Source of the DNA: Perkinsela sp. CCAP 1560/9
Taxonomy: Eukaryota > Protista > Euglenozoa: Kinetoplastea
NCBI GenBank assembly: GCA_965644495.1
Contig: CBFFSA010000018.1
Location: 62,001-126,000 of the forward strand
Direction: 5' to 3'
DNA: 64,000 nucleotides
This document shows, piece after piece, positions 44,189-55,200 of the stretch. Each line of letters starts with the position of its first letter. The first letter of the stretch is position 1. The notes beneath the pieces are model-generated. The model did no database searches. It worked only from the letters and a program-made list of their open reading frames with translations, and had not been told where the DNA came from. The position numbers and the translations under genes were made by a program.

Positions 44189-44500
44189 CTACCGTGTTGC
44201 AGTCGGGGGCTGATACCCTTTGGCTCGTCGAAAGAGTAAAATATGCGGCTCAGGTTTATGTATCATATAATGTTCCCATCCAAGAGATTGCTGCACCCCA
44301 AGTTGTCGCCACTCTGGATCCGACATCAAACGTTTTGGGACTAGTTTTCCTAAATCCCGGGGCAAAATGACGTGTCGGTACTCATGCGTGTCGTCATAGT
44401 ACTTCTCACTGTATTGTATCTTTGGCTGAAGTTTCGCAATAAGCTGTCTGGCTTGCTCACGTTGTGTGTGGTCTAGTTGGAAATAATCAGGGCGGGGCAT
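44189..44500 (-). CDS. CKS1: Cyclin-dependent kinase regulatory subunit
   Basis: [45 protein letters not shown]; kinetoplastid-type N-extension. Confidence 0.97.
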   Translation of the reverse strand: MPRPDYFQLDHTQREQARQLIAKLQPKIQYSEKYYDDTHEYRHVILPRDLGKLVPKRLMSDPEWRQLGVQQSLGWEHYMIHKPEPHILLFRRAKGYQPPTATR

Positions 44501-44718
44501 CGGGTAATCAGGTATAGAGCACTTAAAAAAAGATTTAAGAAAGATTATGATTCGAGAATTGTTCATAAATTCCGTACCAACCCTGTAGATGCACATTTAC
44601 GCGTTTCTTTGAATAAAAATGTCTAAGCTCATATACAAGCTACTGTACAAGCACTGTTTGATACTTCATTTAAAGCTAGTGAACATGTTCATTTAATTGA
44701 AATTTGTTGGATTAGTTT

Positions 44719-45660
44719 TCATACGTTTACTCGTGGTGGTAAGGGGTCAGGCTCGGAGGATCGAATATTCATTGTTCTTACATATATCTGGGCTTTTTCG
44801 GGTAGATTCCGGCAATTTAGCGTCCCATCAAATTTGTTTCCACTGAGATGTAACAACCTTAAGCTCTGGGGCAAACGTGAGAGATCCAGATCTCCAATAA
44901 GTAGATTACCGGTTGCCGTAAGTTCCAGAAGCATCTCTGGTAGCGTGGTTAAGTTTACCTCACCGCTCAATCTATTATGGGACAGGTACAGGTAGCGAAG
45001 CTGAGGTGGCAACGAGTCCAAGAAAATGCGACCACTTAAATCATTGTTGTTCAAGTCAAGCGTTGACTGACCGCAAGGAAGTGCCGTCAGATCTACACTG
45101 CCTTCGAGACAATTTTCACGGGCTTCAAAATTCCGCATCGCCGACGGGAATGTCTGAGTTTCGAGTTCACCACAAAAACTGTTTCGATCAACGATAAGGC
45201 ACTCTAGAGAATCAGGGAGATCACAGGTCTGAATGCGTCCTGTCAGTTTGTTGGACACGTCATATAAGCGTCCAAGATCGACGTGTCGCACAGTGCGAGG
45301 AAGAAACCTCCACTCCACACTACCGGATAGTCCAAAAGAAGTCCAGCTAAGCTCTACAACTTTTTGATCCTCACATTTCACGCCATCCCACAATTTGCAA
45401 GCGTCATTTTCAGTGCTCCAACTGTGATGACGTCCAGTTGTGCGTGATAGAAAACGATCAAGTTCCATTTCAGGGGGTAGAAGAGTTAGATGGACCTTTC
45501 GCAACCGTGTCCCTCCTGTTGAATCTGAAGCAGGAGTCGAAGACATGACGTTTGTTTGCATGAGTGCGATCAATCTTGAACGGAGTACAAAAGGAATATT
45601 TTTATCAAAAGAGCTTAAAGTTTTAGATACGCAAAACGCACAGTGTACGCCCTCGCACAC
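44719..45660 (-). CDS. LRR protein
   Basis: KVHLTLLPPEMELDRF...CKLWDGVKC cap plus ~8 LRRs; start probably MQTN or MSST. Confidence 0.88.
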   Translation of the reverse strand: MCEGVHCAFCVSKTLSSFDKNIPFVLRSRLIALMQTNVMSSTPASDSTGGTRLRKVHLTLLPPEMELDRFLSRTTGRHHSWSTENDACKLWDGVKCEDQKVVELSWTSFGLSGSVEWRFLPRTVRHVDLGRLYDVSNKLTGRIQTCDLPDSLECLIVDRNSFCGELETQTFPSAMRNFEARENCLEGSVDLTALPCGQSTLDLNNNDLSGRIFLDSLPPQLRYLYLSHNRLSGEVNLTTLPEMLLELTATGNLLIGDLDLSRLPQSLRLLHLSGNKFDGTLNCRNLPEKAQIYVRTMNIRSSEPDPLPPRVNV

Positions 45661-45781
45661 TGAGATCTACTTTGAAATTATACGATACCCTTTCTCAACG
45701 TCTGAACCCCCTCCCACCTCTCGTGTTATTGACATTCAATAGTTTTACCCATTCACCAAAAATACACACTCTGTGAACCAC

Positions 45782-47413
45782 TCACCCGTTCTGCGGAATC
45801 CCAAGTAAACCCAACAAAATAGACTTTCCATAACTCCCCAACACACGTGCCACTTTTAACGACGTCGAATCCGTGGCCAAGCCCTTACCCCCCACGGCGG
45901 ATTCCGTTTCCTCTCCCCACCTCTCCGCCGGGGTCGCAAACTCCCCCCCGTGCTGGTCCTGTCTCCGACCAACCCCGTCTCGCTGCGAGGGGGGGTTTTC
46001 ATACCACGGTTGTCCCCTCTTCGAGGCGACACCCTGACTCGTGGCATTCTCCCCTCTCCCTCTCCCCCCTGGTAACCCCCATACGGGGGCGGTGCCCTCT
46101 CTTCTTCTCCCCGCACTCACCCCCCTGTCACGGGCCTGCTCGTTGGTTTCCCCACAACCCTCTAATGGTTTCCCGGAAGGGGGAAACAACGAGGGGGCGG
46201 GTTGAACTGAGGAAGTCAAACGAGGCTGTGACAGGGAGGGAGGGGGCAGCCGGTTTCGTTCATACGGGGTAGGGGCATTGGGGAAGAGAGAAGAAGAAGA
46301 AGACGAATTTAAAAAAGAAGAAGAAGAACCCCATGGCCCCGGTGCCATCGACCCTCCTCGAGCCCCACGCTCACGAGCGGTGGAGGCGGAGGGGTTGGGT
46401 GTGGCTCGTGGAGCCGGCCCCATGGATTTGTAATCCATCGTGGGGGAGGGGGAGACGTCTTGCGGGGGTTGTGGAAGAGGACGACGACTGGGGGCTCGGA
46501 CTCGCGGCTCGGAGAGTGTGGGGAGAGAGAGGTGGGCTTGGGATGTGGAGGTGCTGCTGGAGGACTCACGTAGGAGAGAGGGAGCACGGGGTAGAGAGAA
46601 TAAGGAGGAGGAGGATAACGAGGGAGCAGCAGAGGGTGTGGTACGCGACTCCGAGGGTCGAGGAGGAAACAACGACGAGGGGGCACGAGGTCGGGACAGG
46701 GATGGGGCTGCGGGGAAGGGCCGGGGGGCAGAGGGCTCGGGGAGAGTAGGACGTGAGGCCGTGGTACGGGGGGAGAGGGGTATGGGGTTGTGGGAATGGG
46801 GGGAGGGGGCAGAGGAGGAGGTGGGATTCGGCACGGAGGATTGGGTGAGATAGCGGTGAAGGAAGAACACGTCTGTGTGGAGTGTGGGGGTGGCGTGGGG
46901 TAAGGGGCCGTGCCGGCGGGGTGTGCCGTCCGGTCGACCGCTCTGAGTGGATATCCCACTCCAGGCGTGGGGTAGGTTCTGATGCGGTGTAGCGCGTGGC
47001 ATGGATGTTGTACGATATGGGGAGGGGGAAGTGAAGGATGTGGGTCGATTACAGGGACTGGGAGGTGGTCGCTCTCGAGGGGAGGGAGGCGCGAAGTGAG
47101 AGGGTAGGTTGAGATCCGCCGAAAGGGAGTCGGTGGAAGGAGGAAAGGAGGAGAGCTTGCGGCTGTCATAAGGAGAAAAGAAGGAGACAGATTTCTCCCT
47201 GCGTGGGACCACGCTTGTCATGGCTGAAATATAGGGTAGTGTTTTAGGAACGAAAAAGAAAGAGGTAGGTGCTGAGCGATAATTCTTACCAATAGAGAGA
47301 AGTTTCAAAGATTCTTTCAATATGTGTTCTTGTGCAGTGCTCGTAAAAATTAGTGTATTTTTAATTTTAGTCTCTTCGTTAAATGTGGTGGTTGTTTTCA
47401 ACTTAAAAGTCAC
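45782..47413 (-). CDS. Hypothetical P/S-rich low-complexity protein
   Basis: Long ORF in cluster orientation; likely start MTSVV (~47221). Confidence 0.55.
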   Translation of the reverse strand: MTFKLKTTTTFNEETKIKNTLIFTSTAQEHILKESLKLLSIGKNYRSAPTSFFFVPKTLPYISAMTSVVPRREKSVSFFSPYDSRKLSSFPPSTDSLSADLNLPSHFAPPSPRERPPPSPCNRPTSFTSPSPYRTTSMPRATPHQNLPHAWSGISTQSGRPDGTPRRHGPLPHATPTLHTDVFFLHRYLTQSSVPNPTSSSAPSPHSHNPIPLSPRTTASRPTLPEPSAPRPFPAAPSLSRPRAPSSLFPPRPSESRTTPSAAPSLSSSSLFSLPRAPSLLRESSSSTSTSQAHLSLPTLSEPRVRAPSRRPLPQPPQDVSPSPTMDYKSMGPAPRATPNPSASTARERGARGGSMAPGPWGSSSSFLNSSSSSSLFPNAPTPYERNRLPPPSLSQPRLTSSVQPAPSLFPPSGKPLEGCGETNEQARDRGVSAGRRREGTAPVWGLPGGRGRGENATSQGVASKRGQPWYENPPSQRDGVGRRQDQHGGEFATPAERWGEETESAVGGKGLATDSTSLKVARVLGSYGKSILLGLLGIPQNG

Positions 47414-47580
47414 TCATGCTGCGATCTTCGCGTTGAAAACTACCGCCGCGTTTAACGACGAAGGATTCACACTAATTGATGCATTTACAACATTTTTTCA
47501 GCGATAAATCGACAACGAATCAGTAGAATACGGCTGCAAAATAGCCAGAACGGGGTTGTAAATAATAGTGTGAAGGGGGT

Positions 47581-48225
47581 TTAAGTTAGTGATACAATTT
47601 CAATTTCAGTCTCTTGAAAGGCCTTGTACAAAAGGCCTGCCGGTAGCATGTGCTCATGTAGGGTCCCTGTAAGTTTGGCGTTGCTACGGAGCGGTAGGTA
47701 TTTCATTCCAGAAGGCAGATTGGTAAACGTTACATGACCACGTAAGTTATTCGCCGACACTATCAGCGAAGTTAATGTCGAAGGAAGATGACAAATATCA
47801 ATACTACCCGTAAATTGATTGAACGACGCGTCAAAAGAAAATAAAAGTGGTGGAAGGTCTACGAGATCGAGTTCCCCACTAAGTCTATTTTTATACACTG
47901 AGAATCGGGTTAATGACCTTGGAAGAGTACTCCAACGAAAACTGCCAACCAGTTTTTCATTCTCCACTTCGAACGATAGAATTGCCCCTTCGTCAGAACA
48001 TTCGACCCCTTCCCACTTATTCGCAGGTACAGATGTATTCCAAGAGGGAAGTGGATTCACTATGTTACTTACCAAACGCTCAAGATCATACTCTTGGGGT
48101 AATAGCACACCTCTTACTTTTCCAGCCTTTCGATTCTCACCCGTTGAGTCGGAAAACTTAAATTTTCCAGGATGAGAAGAAAAATGTGGCCATTTCGACG
48201 TACAATCCATTATAACACTGTACAT
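47581..48225 (-). CDS. LRR protein (FSDxxGE subfamily)
   Basis: Intact paralog. Confidence 0.9.
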   Translation of the reverse strand: MYSVIMDCTSKWPHFSSHPGKFKFSDSTGENRKAGKVRGVLLPQEYDLERLVSNIVNPLPSWNTSVPANKWEGVECSDEGAILSFEVENEKLVGSFRWSTLPRSLTRFSVYKNRLSGELDLVDLPPLLFSFDASFNQFTGSIDICHLPSTLTSLIVSANNLRGHVTFTNLPSGMKYLPLRSNAKLTGTLHEHMLPAGLLYKAFQETEIEIVSLT

Positions 48226-48752
48226 ATTAAAGATTAATTTTACTTGAAGATAGCATTTGCGGATAAGATTCCCAGGAGTGCCTATTTTCGATCAAAATAA
48301 AAGTAGATTTCGGAAGACAAAGGCGACTGTCTACTTTTCCTTTTCGTATTCTTAGCTCACATACTTTCACCTCTCCTAGCGTTATCCGATTCTAGTAAAA
48401 AGCAACGCTAGGATAGGGAGTATAGTTCGCTAGACATTTCCTCAAAATATGTTTTGTCACATGAAATATCCAGCATTGTTGCCATCAAGAGAAAATATGG
48501 GAAAACAATACACCAGTCCAACTTAACATGCCCCCCTCAAAGAGAAAGCTAGATGATCAAAGGATATTTTACAGTTGTATCCATTACATTTGATTGCTTT
48601 ACAGTTACGTTCTGCAATTACAAACCAATTCGTAGCTTCAAGTCGACGGCACCAACCAATTCGTTTTGGTGAAAAAAACGGAGTTATTATTACGCAGTTT
48701 TAAATATTATCTTAGTCTCTTCAATTTCTACAACTTTTTTGCCGCTACTAGG

Positions 48753-49337
48753 TTTTATCATGCACTTATAGTGCAGAGATTTGCTCACCATGTCCTTATC
48801 CCGCATACGACGGGTGGATCATGTGAGGTTTCGTCCTCGCCGGAGGTGTGCGGGTGCGGAGAGCTGGCGTCCCAGGTGCAGAGAGCTCGGTTGTCATGTG
48901 CAGGTGCAGAGAGCCGGATGCGTAATCCCCATATTACAGTTTCGGGGGCAATCCGGGTGCAGAGAGCTGCGACAGAGCCGAGGTGCGGAGAGCTGGGCGA
49001 CCGCCAGGTGCAGAGAGCCGAGTCTCGTCGGCGGAGGACACGTCTAGTGGTCCTCAAGGGAGGCCACCGTGACGCATGACCCTCTCGGAGAGGAAAAAGA
49101 CAAGTCGAAAAAAAGCCGAGAGGGGGAAGCACACTCACTCCAGGGGAGTGAGTCGGGGAGGGGTGAAGTGGTGAAAGCGCGTCCCCTGCTTCAGCGACAA
49201 GAGGGACAGTTCCGACCTTAGTGCCGGCCGGCAACGGGCATGAAAATACAGTAAGAGTATGCCCGTTGCCGGGGAAAGAAAGGATGAACTAAGGAAAAAG
49301 TACCAACAAGGTACAGAAACTGTACTGTACAGAAACT
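48753..49337 (-). mobile_element. SL-headed non-autonomous retroelement, subfamily A, with doubled SL fragment
   Basis: Starts AGTTTCTGTAC-AG-TACAGTTTCTGTACCTTGTTG; body nearly identical to 23959-24537. Confidence 0.92.
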
Positions 49338-49933
49338 TAATTTACGCAAATGCTCTGGTAAAAATTCTTGGTATATTTCACCGCATAGATCTTTGTTGTG
49401 CGACAACCGTAGTGATCGTAAAAGTGGAGAAAGAGAATCAAAAGCTACATTTCCCGAGAATAAGTTGTGATCCAGGGCAATATATTTCATTGTCTTTGGT
49501 AGTTTGGTCAAACACACTTGACCCGATAAATGATTATTGCTGAGGTATAGCCCGAAAAGATTATCTGGAAGCTTTGTCAGACAAACTTCTCCGGTAAATT
49601 TATTGTTGTTCAGAGCTAGCCATTGTAAATTAACCGGAAGAGACGTAAGATTCAAGGTCCCGCTAAACCTGTTGAAGTTTACGATAAAAGTTAAAAGATT
49701 AAGCGGGAGAATATCTAGAGGCACTTCACCTGAAAGAGAGTTTTGAAAAAAAAAAAGATTTAAGAGTCCGAGAAAGATGACCAAAACGCAGTGAGCCTGA
49801 CGCTTGTATACCCTCCCATTGTATTTTTTGGATGTCCCCACATTTGTTACATTCCACACCCTTCCACTGGCACGCCGAGAAGTCCGTACTCCGTGAGCGG
49901 TGCTTTGTTTCTACATCGGCAATGAGTAACATA

Positions 49934-50879
49934 CAGGGGTGCGGGTTTAAAGGTGGGGGGGGGGTATAAAATTCGTAAAAGTTGTCCAATTTTGGAAAAT
50001 AATAGCGCATTGGGTAGCTCTCACAGAGTTGTATGTTTTAGGCGCATTAAAATCCTGCGATTTTAACGTACATATTTTTTGATACCATATTTCGCTTTTT
50101 TCCCTTGCAGAAAATACATTTTTTACTAGAAAATGCCCCAAAAGGGCGCTCGCTCGAGGACTTCCCGTGGAGTACTGAGCGATAGATCGTATTCTTCCCC
50201 CGCCCCCGTCAAAGAGAGCCACCGCATGCTTTTGGTGGCGGAATACGAGCGCACAGGATCGTACTCCGCTACGGCACAGCACTTTGGTGTTCATGAGAAC
50301 ACTGTAAAACGTTGGGTTGAACGTTTTACCCTTACGGGTGACGTGTTAACGGCATCCCGAGAGCGTGTCTCGACGGTGGTTACCCCTGCGTTCCTGGATG
50401 TGGCTCTTAAGCTTGTCGACGAGGGGTATGACCTTGTTTACGGCGTAGAGAGCTGGAGCGGTCTTCTGGTCTGTGATGGACACAGACAAAAATCTTCTTC
50501 GACACCGAAATCGACAGCAACTGGAAGCCGCTATTGAGGGGTCTTTCCTTAAATTGAAACAGACTCACTCTGCAACGGTTCAGAAAACGTTGAAGAGTTT
50601 CAGGAAGCGTTGTAAAATTGTTATTAGTCGGAACGGGGGGCACTGTGGTTACTAATCGTCTTTTGCAATCCAAATTACAGAAATTATTGACACCACTAAA
50701 GTATTGCAATATGTGATTTTTGACCCTTACATGAAAGGGGGGTACCCCCCAAACCCCGGAAGCTACCTATCCTAAAACATACAACTCTGTGAGAGCTATC
50801 CAATGCGCTATTATTTTCCAAAATTGGACAACTTTTACGAATTTTAGACCCCCTCCCCACCTTTAGATTCGCACCCCTG
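49934..50879 (+). mobile_element. Internally deleted Tc1/mariner DNA transposon
   Basis: TA TSD; ~110-bp TIRs CAGGGGTGCG...; HTH fragment (ATAQHFGVHENTVKRWVERF) and C-terminal fragment (FRKRCKIVISRNGGH); DDE core missing. Confidence 0.92.
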
Positions 50880-51287
50880 TAAGTTCATATTCTTGAGGAA
50901 GGTTCGAGGCGCTCACCCTTGCCGTACGTGTGCGTGAAGCGACCTGTATTTCTGAAACGTCCGCAGTACGAACAGAATTACACACGTGATGCAAAGAGGA
51001 CGTAGAATGTAAGTAGAGAATAAATCTAAGACGACGACAGAGTGTAGTTTACGCCATTGTATCGGTGAAAAAGGTTGATTTTACCAATCACTCTGCGTAC
51101 GCCCGAATAGCGGCATCGGTGAAAAAGGCTGATTTTTTAGGAAAAACTTTTACTAATTATAATTATAGAATATCGGAAGAATTAAAAAAGAAGTCCTATT
51201 TACTAATTAAAAAATTGCTAATTCTTTTTTTTACAAATTACAGGAGGGGGACTAGTAATTGTGTGCACTGTACCACTAATGATGCGA

Positions 51288-52127
51288 TCAGTTCACCTCA
51301 TTGATTTGCAACTCACGTATCTGCGTTCCACACCACATAACATCATCGAAACGTTCCCGCATTTTTTCTGCATCAAGTTCACCTCGCAGCTCTGCATTTT
51401 CATTCAGATATAACATTGCAAGTCCAGTATCCTCTATATTACTCAAATCCACTTCACCACTAAACTCATTCTGATCTAACGATAACGTTACGAGTGAAAT
51501 CGGAAGACGAGACAAATCGATTGGCCCGGAAAACTCATTGTCGGACAAGTGCAACTCTTGCATCTCTTGTGGGAGTGAGGTTAAGTCAACTCTACCAGAA
51601 AAGCAATTGTATCGAAGATCAAAAAAATAGAGCGGGGGAGGAAGAGTACAGAAATCAATTTCTCCCTCCAATGTGTTGTCCGACAGGTTCACCCACTTAA
51701 CCGTACGAGGGAAATAGTCCCATTGAAGAAAGCCTTCGAGTGAATGTCGCGCATAGACATGCGCAACCACTTTTTTGAAACATGTCACACCTTCCCATTC
51801 GCACGCAGGGGTTTCCGTGCTCCACGAAGAAGGAAGTTCCTCAATATCTTGAACAAATCTTGCGAGATCGTACTCTTGTGGAAGGGGGACATTCCGAGTC
51901 TTTCCTCCCGTTCTTTTCACTGTTCCGGTATTCCGATCTCCACTGGATTTTACCGGCGAGCTCGGTTGTAGTTTACGTCGTTTGGATGCTGGACAGTTGT
52001 CTGCGGTATAAATCCCGTGCGTTGTGTACATTAAAATTATGTAAAATTTGTATATAAATGGTATCACAAGGGCAAAGCGGGTATTGCTATTCTTACCGGA
52101 CCACAACATGCCTCTGTAAAATGTCAT
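51288..52127 (-). CDS. LRR protein
   Basis: KTRNVPLPQEYDLARF...CEWEGVTC cap plus LRRs. Confidence 0.9.
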   Translation of the reverse strand: MTFYRGMLWSGKNSNTRFALVIPFIYKFYIILMYTTHGIYTADNCPASKRRKLQPSSPVKSSGDRNTGTVKRTGGKTRNVPLPQEYDLARFVQDIEELPSSWSTETPACEWEGVTCFKKVVAHVYARHSLEGFLQWDYFPRTVKWVNLSDNTLEGEIDFCTLPPPLYFFDLRYNCFSGRVDLTSLPQEMQELHLSDNEFSGPIDLSRLPISLVTLSLDQNEFSGEVDLSNIEDTGLAMLYLNENAELRGELDAEKMRERFDDVMWCGTQIRELQINEVN

Positions 52128-52249
52128 GAAATTTACATTTTTTCATAAATACATGTTTTAAATACACTGTATGTACATTCATTTTCTACCTTCCGTGCTA
52201 CACTCTTTCTGAAAATTTATGCCATCAGATTGGTACCACGTCTTTAAAA

Positions 52250-55200
52250 TTACGCTTCCTTATCAAAAAAATTCATTAGATACGTGCTGGCTTCCAGTTC
52301 CTTTTTCACACCATGACGAGATCGACGCCTCTCCGTGTCTTTTCCAGGAGAACAACGCGCGGCCATTTCCGCCTTCTTTCGTTGTCTCTCTGTCTCCTCA
52401 CGATCCCACAACTCATGATGCACACGCTGGAATGTGCCACGCTCGGTGTTATACACAAATGTCGGAATTTCCGATGAATCCCGGTCGACGCACCCCGCCT
52501 CTTGCGAGTAGAGTAAAACCTTCCCCGCGTGGGCGGAGCAACGCCCCCTGCGTGCGGTCCTCCACCGACTGGCAGGTCGAATCTCACATGTCGGGTGACA
52601 CGACCCCGCGCTGGGGTACACACAGGGGGTGAGACACACGTAGAGCGCGGGGTGGAGCATAAAGGAAGGCAGCGGGAGTCCCCAGTCCAGGGCCAGGGTT
52701 CGGGTAAGGACCGACCCCGAGGAGGGGACATCGCCCACGACATAGGCAATCGCATCGGTACGGTAGGTGGGCTCACAGGGGACACAGGACATGGTAATCC
52801 CATAGGTGGTGACACAGGTGGGGTTTCCGGGGTTGGGTACCCGGGAGAGGAGGTGGGGTGTTGAAAAAGAAGGGAAAAAAGAGAAAGAAGAAAAAGGGGA
52901 AACCGAACACGAGGTGAGACAAGGGGTGTAGTAGGTTGTGTCACCACGCGGGGAGACGCCGCAGTAGGAGGCGTTGTCCAGTGCTTGGAGACTGGGGCGT
53001 GAGGCGAGGTGAGCGAATGCTACTTTTTCTTTCCCCGAATCTTCGGATTTAATAGTTTTGCGTTCATCAGGGAGTGAATCTGCCTCATGAGCGGTGTATT
53101 CTTGTTTTTCGTCCAAGGGGCTACTCTTTGATGCTCTGGGGTTTTCAAAACGGTTCGCGTAGTAATTGGGTATGCACTCTGCAAAGTGCCACGTCCACCG
53201 TGGCAGCGATGCACTCAACCGATACGAAACCACGCAAGTGGGAAAGGAACCCCCAACATCCGGATACATGCATGGGCTCAGACACGTATGGTTTCGTCCC
53301 CAACGACCCCACTGCAAGATAAACAGATCCCACAGACTATACACCGGGGCTGCGGATTGTGCTGGTGCCTTGATTCCCTGATGCAGACATCGGTTACACA
53401 GACGTCGCTTCCCGTCGCTACACACACAGGAGGGCTCCCCGAACGCGAGGGTACGCGAAACGTGTTGCCGAAACCCCGCCGCCTCACGCTGCTCCGGGAG
53501 CACCAGTACTTCACACGGACTCACACAGTGGTAAGATCGGGGAAAAGACCCCCCTCCTTCCCTCTCTGCGCCACAATAGTACCGATGCACATCATCCTGC
53601 TCCCCAGCTCTGTCCAGTGCCACACAACTCCGAGGCAGCACCGGCAGGACACGTTCGGAAACCGCCATGGGAAAATTCGAAGACGATGATGAGGACGACG
53701 GCGATAACAACCCCACCATCCTTTCCCCACCCCCCTCCCAATCCCCCGGAAACGCCCCCCACCACGCCGCGGTCTCCTCCCCCACCGTCGGATTCCTCAC
53801 CGGAATCCACACCCCATGCCGTATCCCATCCGCGTGGTACAGGTACCCTCTCACCCCCACCGTCCTCACGACCGTACCCGGCCCCTCCCCTCCCCTCTCC
53901 CCTCCCCTCTCCCCTCCCCACCCCCTGGGTCCCCTCTCCCTCACGCAGCTCCCACACCCCTTCCGCTCTGTGGTCATCCCGTGCCGGGTCTCACAGTACG
54001 GTGTGGACTCCATCGTGGGGCCGTACCCACACACGGAGACACAGCGTAGGGGAGACACAGGCGAGTGAGAAGAGGAAGAAGAGGAAGAAGAGGCGTAGAG
54101 AGAGCTGTGAGAGAACGGAGAGGCGTAGAGAGGGGAAGAGGAGGAAGAAGAAGAGGAGGAAGAGGAAGAGAAGGGGGAATGGGTCGAGGCACAGGAGGGG
54201 ACCGCAGGGTTGTGTTGGAAGGGACAGGGGAGACAGGGGAGGTAGCCGTGGCCGTGGGGGAGGGGACCCCAGAGACAGGTGGGGGGAGGGGGAGAGGGAG
54301 GGGGAGAGGCAAAGGGGGTGGAGACAGGCGTAGGGGAATCGCCCATAGGGGTAGAGGAGGCACTGGTGAGAGAACCTGAACGGTTGGGCGAATCGGAAAG
54401 AGACCCGTTAAACGAATTGGTGGGATGGTGGATGCGGCAATGGCCAATACATGCCGCGTAGAGTCCGTCCAGTCCAAGGGCACAGTAGGAGGTGGGAGGA
54501 GGGGGGGTACGGGAGGGTTCATCCCAGTAGGTGGGAAGGGGTTGGGAGAGGGGGTGGGGAGGGGAGGAAAGGGGGGAGGGGGTGGAGGAACGTGGGGAGG
54601 AGTTGAGGTAGTGGGCACTGCTGCCTTTGAGGGAGATGGGGGAGTGACGGGGTAGGGAGGTTTCGGGGAGTGGGTGAGGAATATGTGTGTCGGAGGGGGT
54701 GAAATACAATTCGGTGGTGTCCGCGTCGGGGAGAGGGGCTGTGGGGACAATCTCGGAGGGTAAACCTTCGCTGTGATTTCTCGGATGGGGCAATACAGGA
54801 GCTGAGGGAGAGGCTACTGCACTGCTAGAGTGGGAAGTGTTTCGGATGCGAGAGACACCCAAGTAGCGTGTAATCTGCTTACGTAGTTGCATCGAGGCGG
54901 GGTCCAGCGACGCACGGTAGACTGGAAGCCCCTCTTCCTCCCATGCACTCCCGAGAGTGCTGCGGACTTTGTTCGGGACATCCCCGGCCAGGCCACAGGG
55001 AAAGCACTCTTCCGCAGGGAAGCTGTCCTCACTAGGGAGGTGCCCCGACACGGTGCGACACACCGGCACGGGGGAACCGCTGACGGGATACTCACACGGG
55101 GAGACACACTGTACAAGTTGTGGTGCACAAGTCCCGGGAACATGAACGTTGTTTTGTACCTCTCGCGTCATGGACACTCCCTGGGGCTTTGGGCGGTATA

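Larger units (their letters stand above)
48690..51000 (-). pseudogene. LRR gene interrupted by a Tc1-like element and an SL-headed element, plus a poly-T frameshift
   Basis: RVSASNLPQEYEL| Tc1 |MLLIADVE...CQWKGVEC...LRRs...LPEHLRKL| element |PSSGKKVVEIEETKIIFKTA*; start uncertain. Confidence 0.88.

Noticed and set aside
390-49337. SL RNA gene array
   Set aside because: Copies are dispersed inside coding sequences, lack the SL 5' end and a shared upstream promoter, one is 5'-truncated, and they end in the LINE-type 3' tag.
51645-51657. gtacagaaat as another SL relic
   Set aside because: Only a 9-nt match, inside an intact LRR frame, with no element attached.
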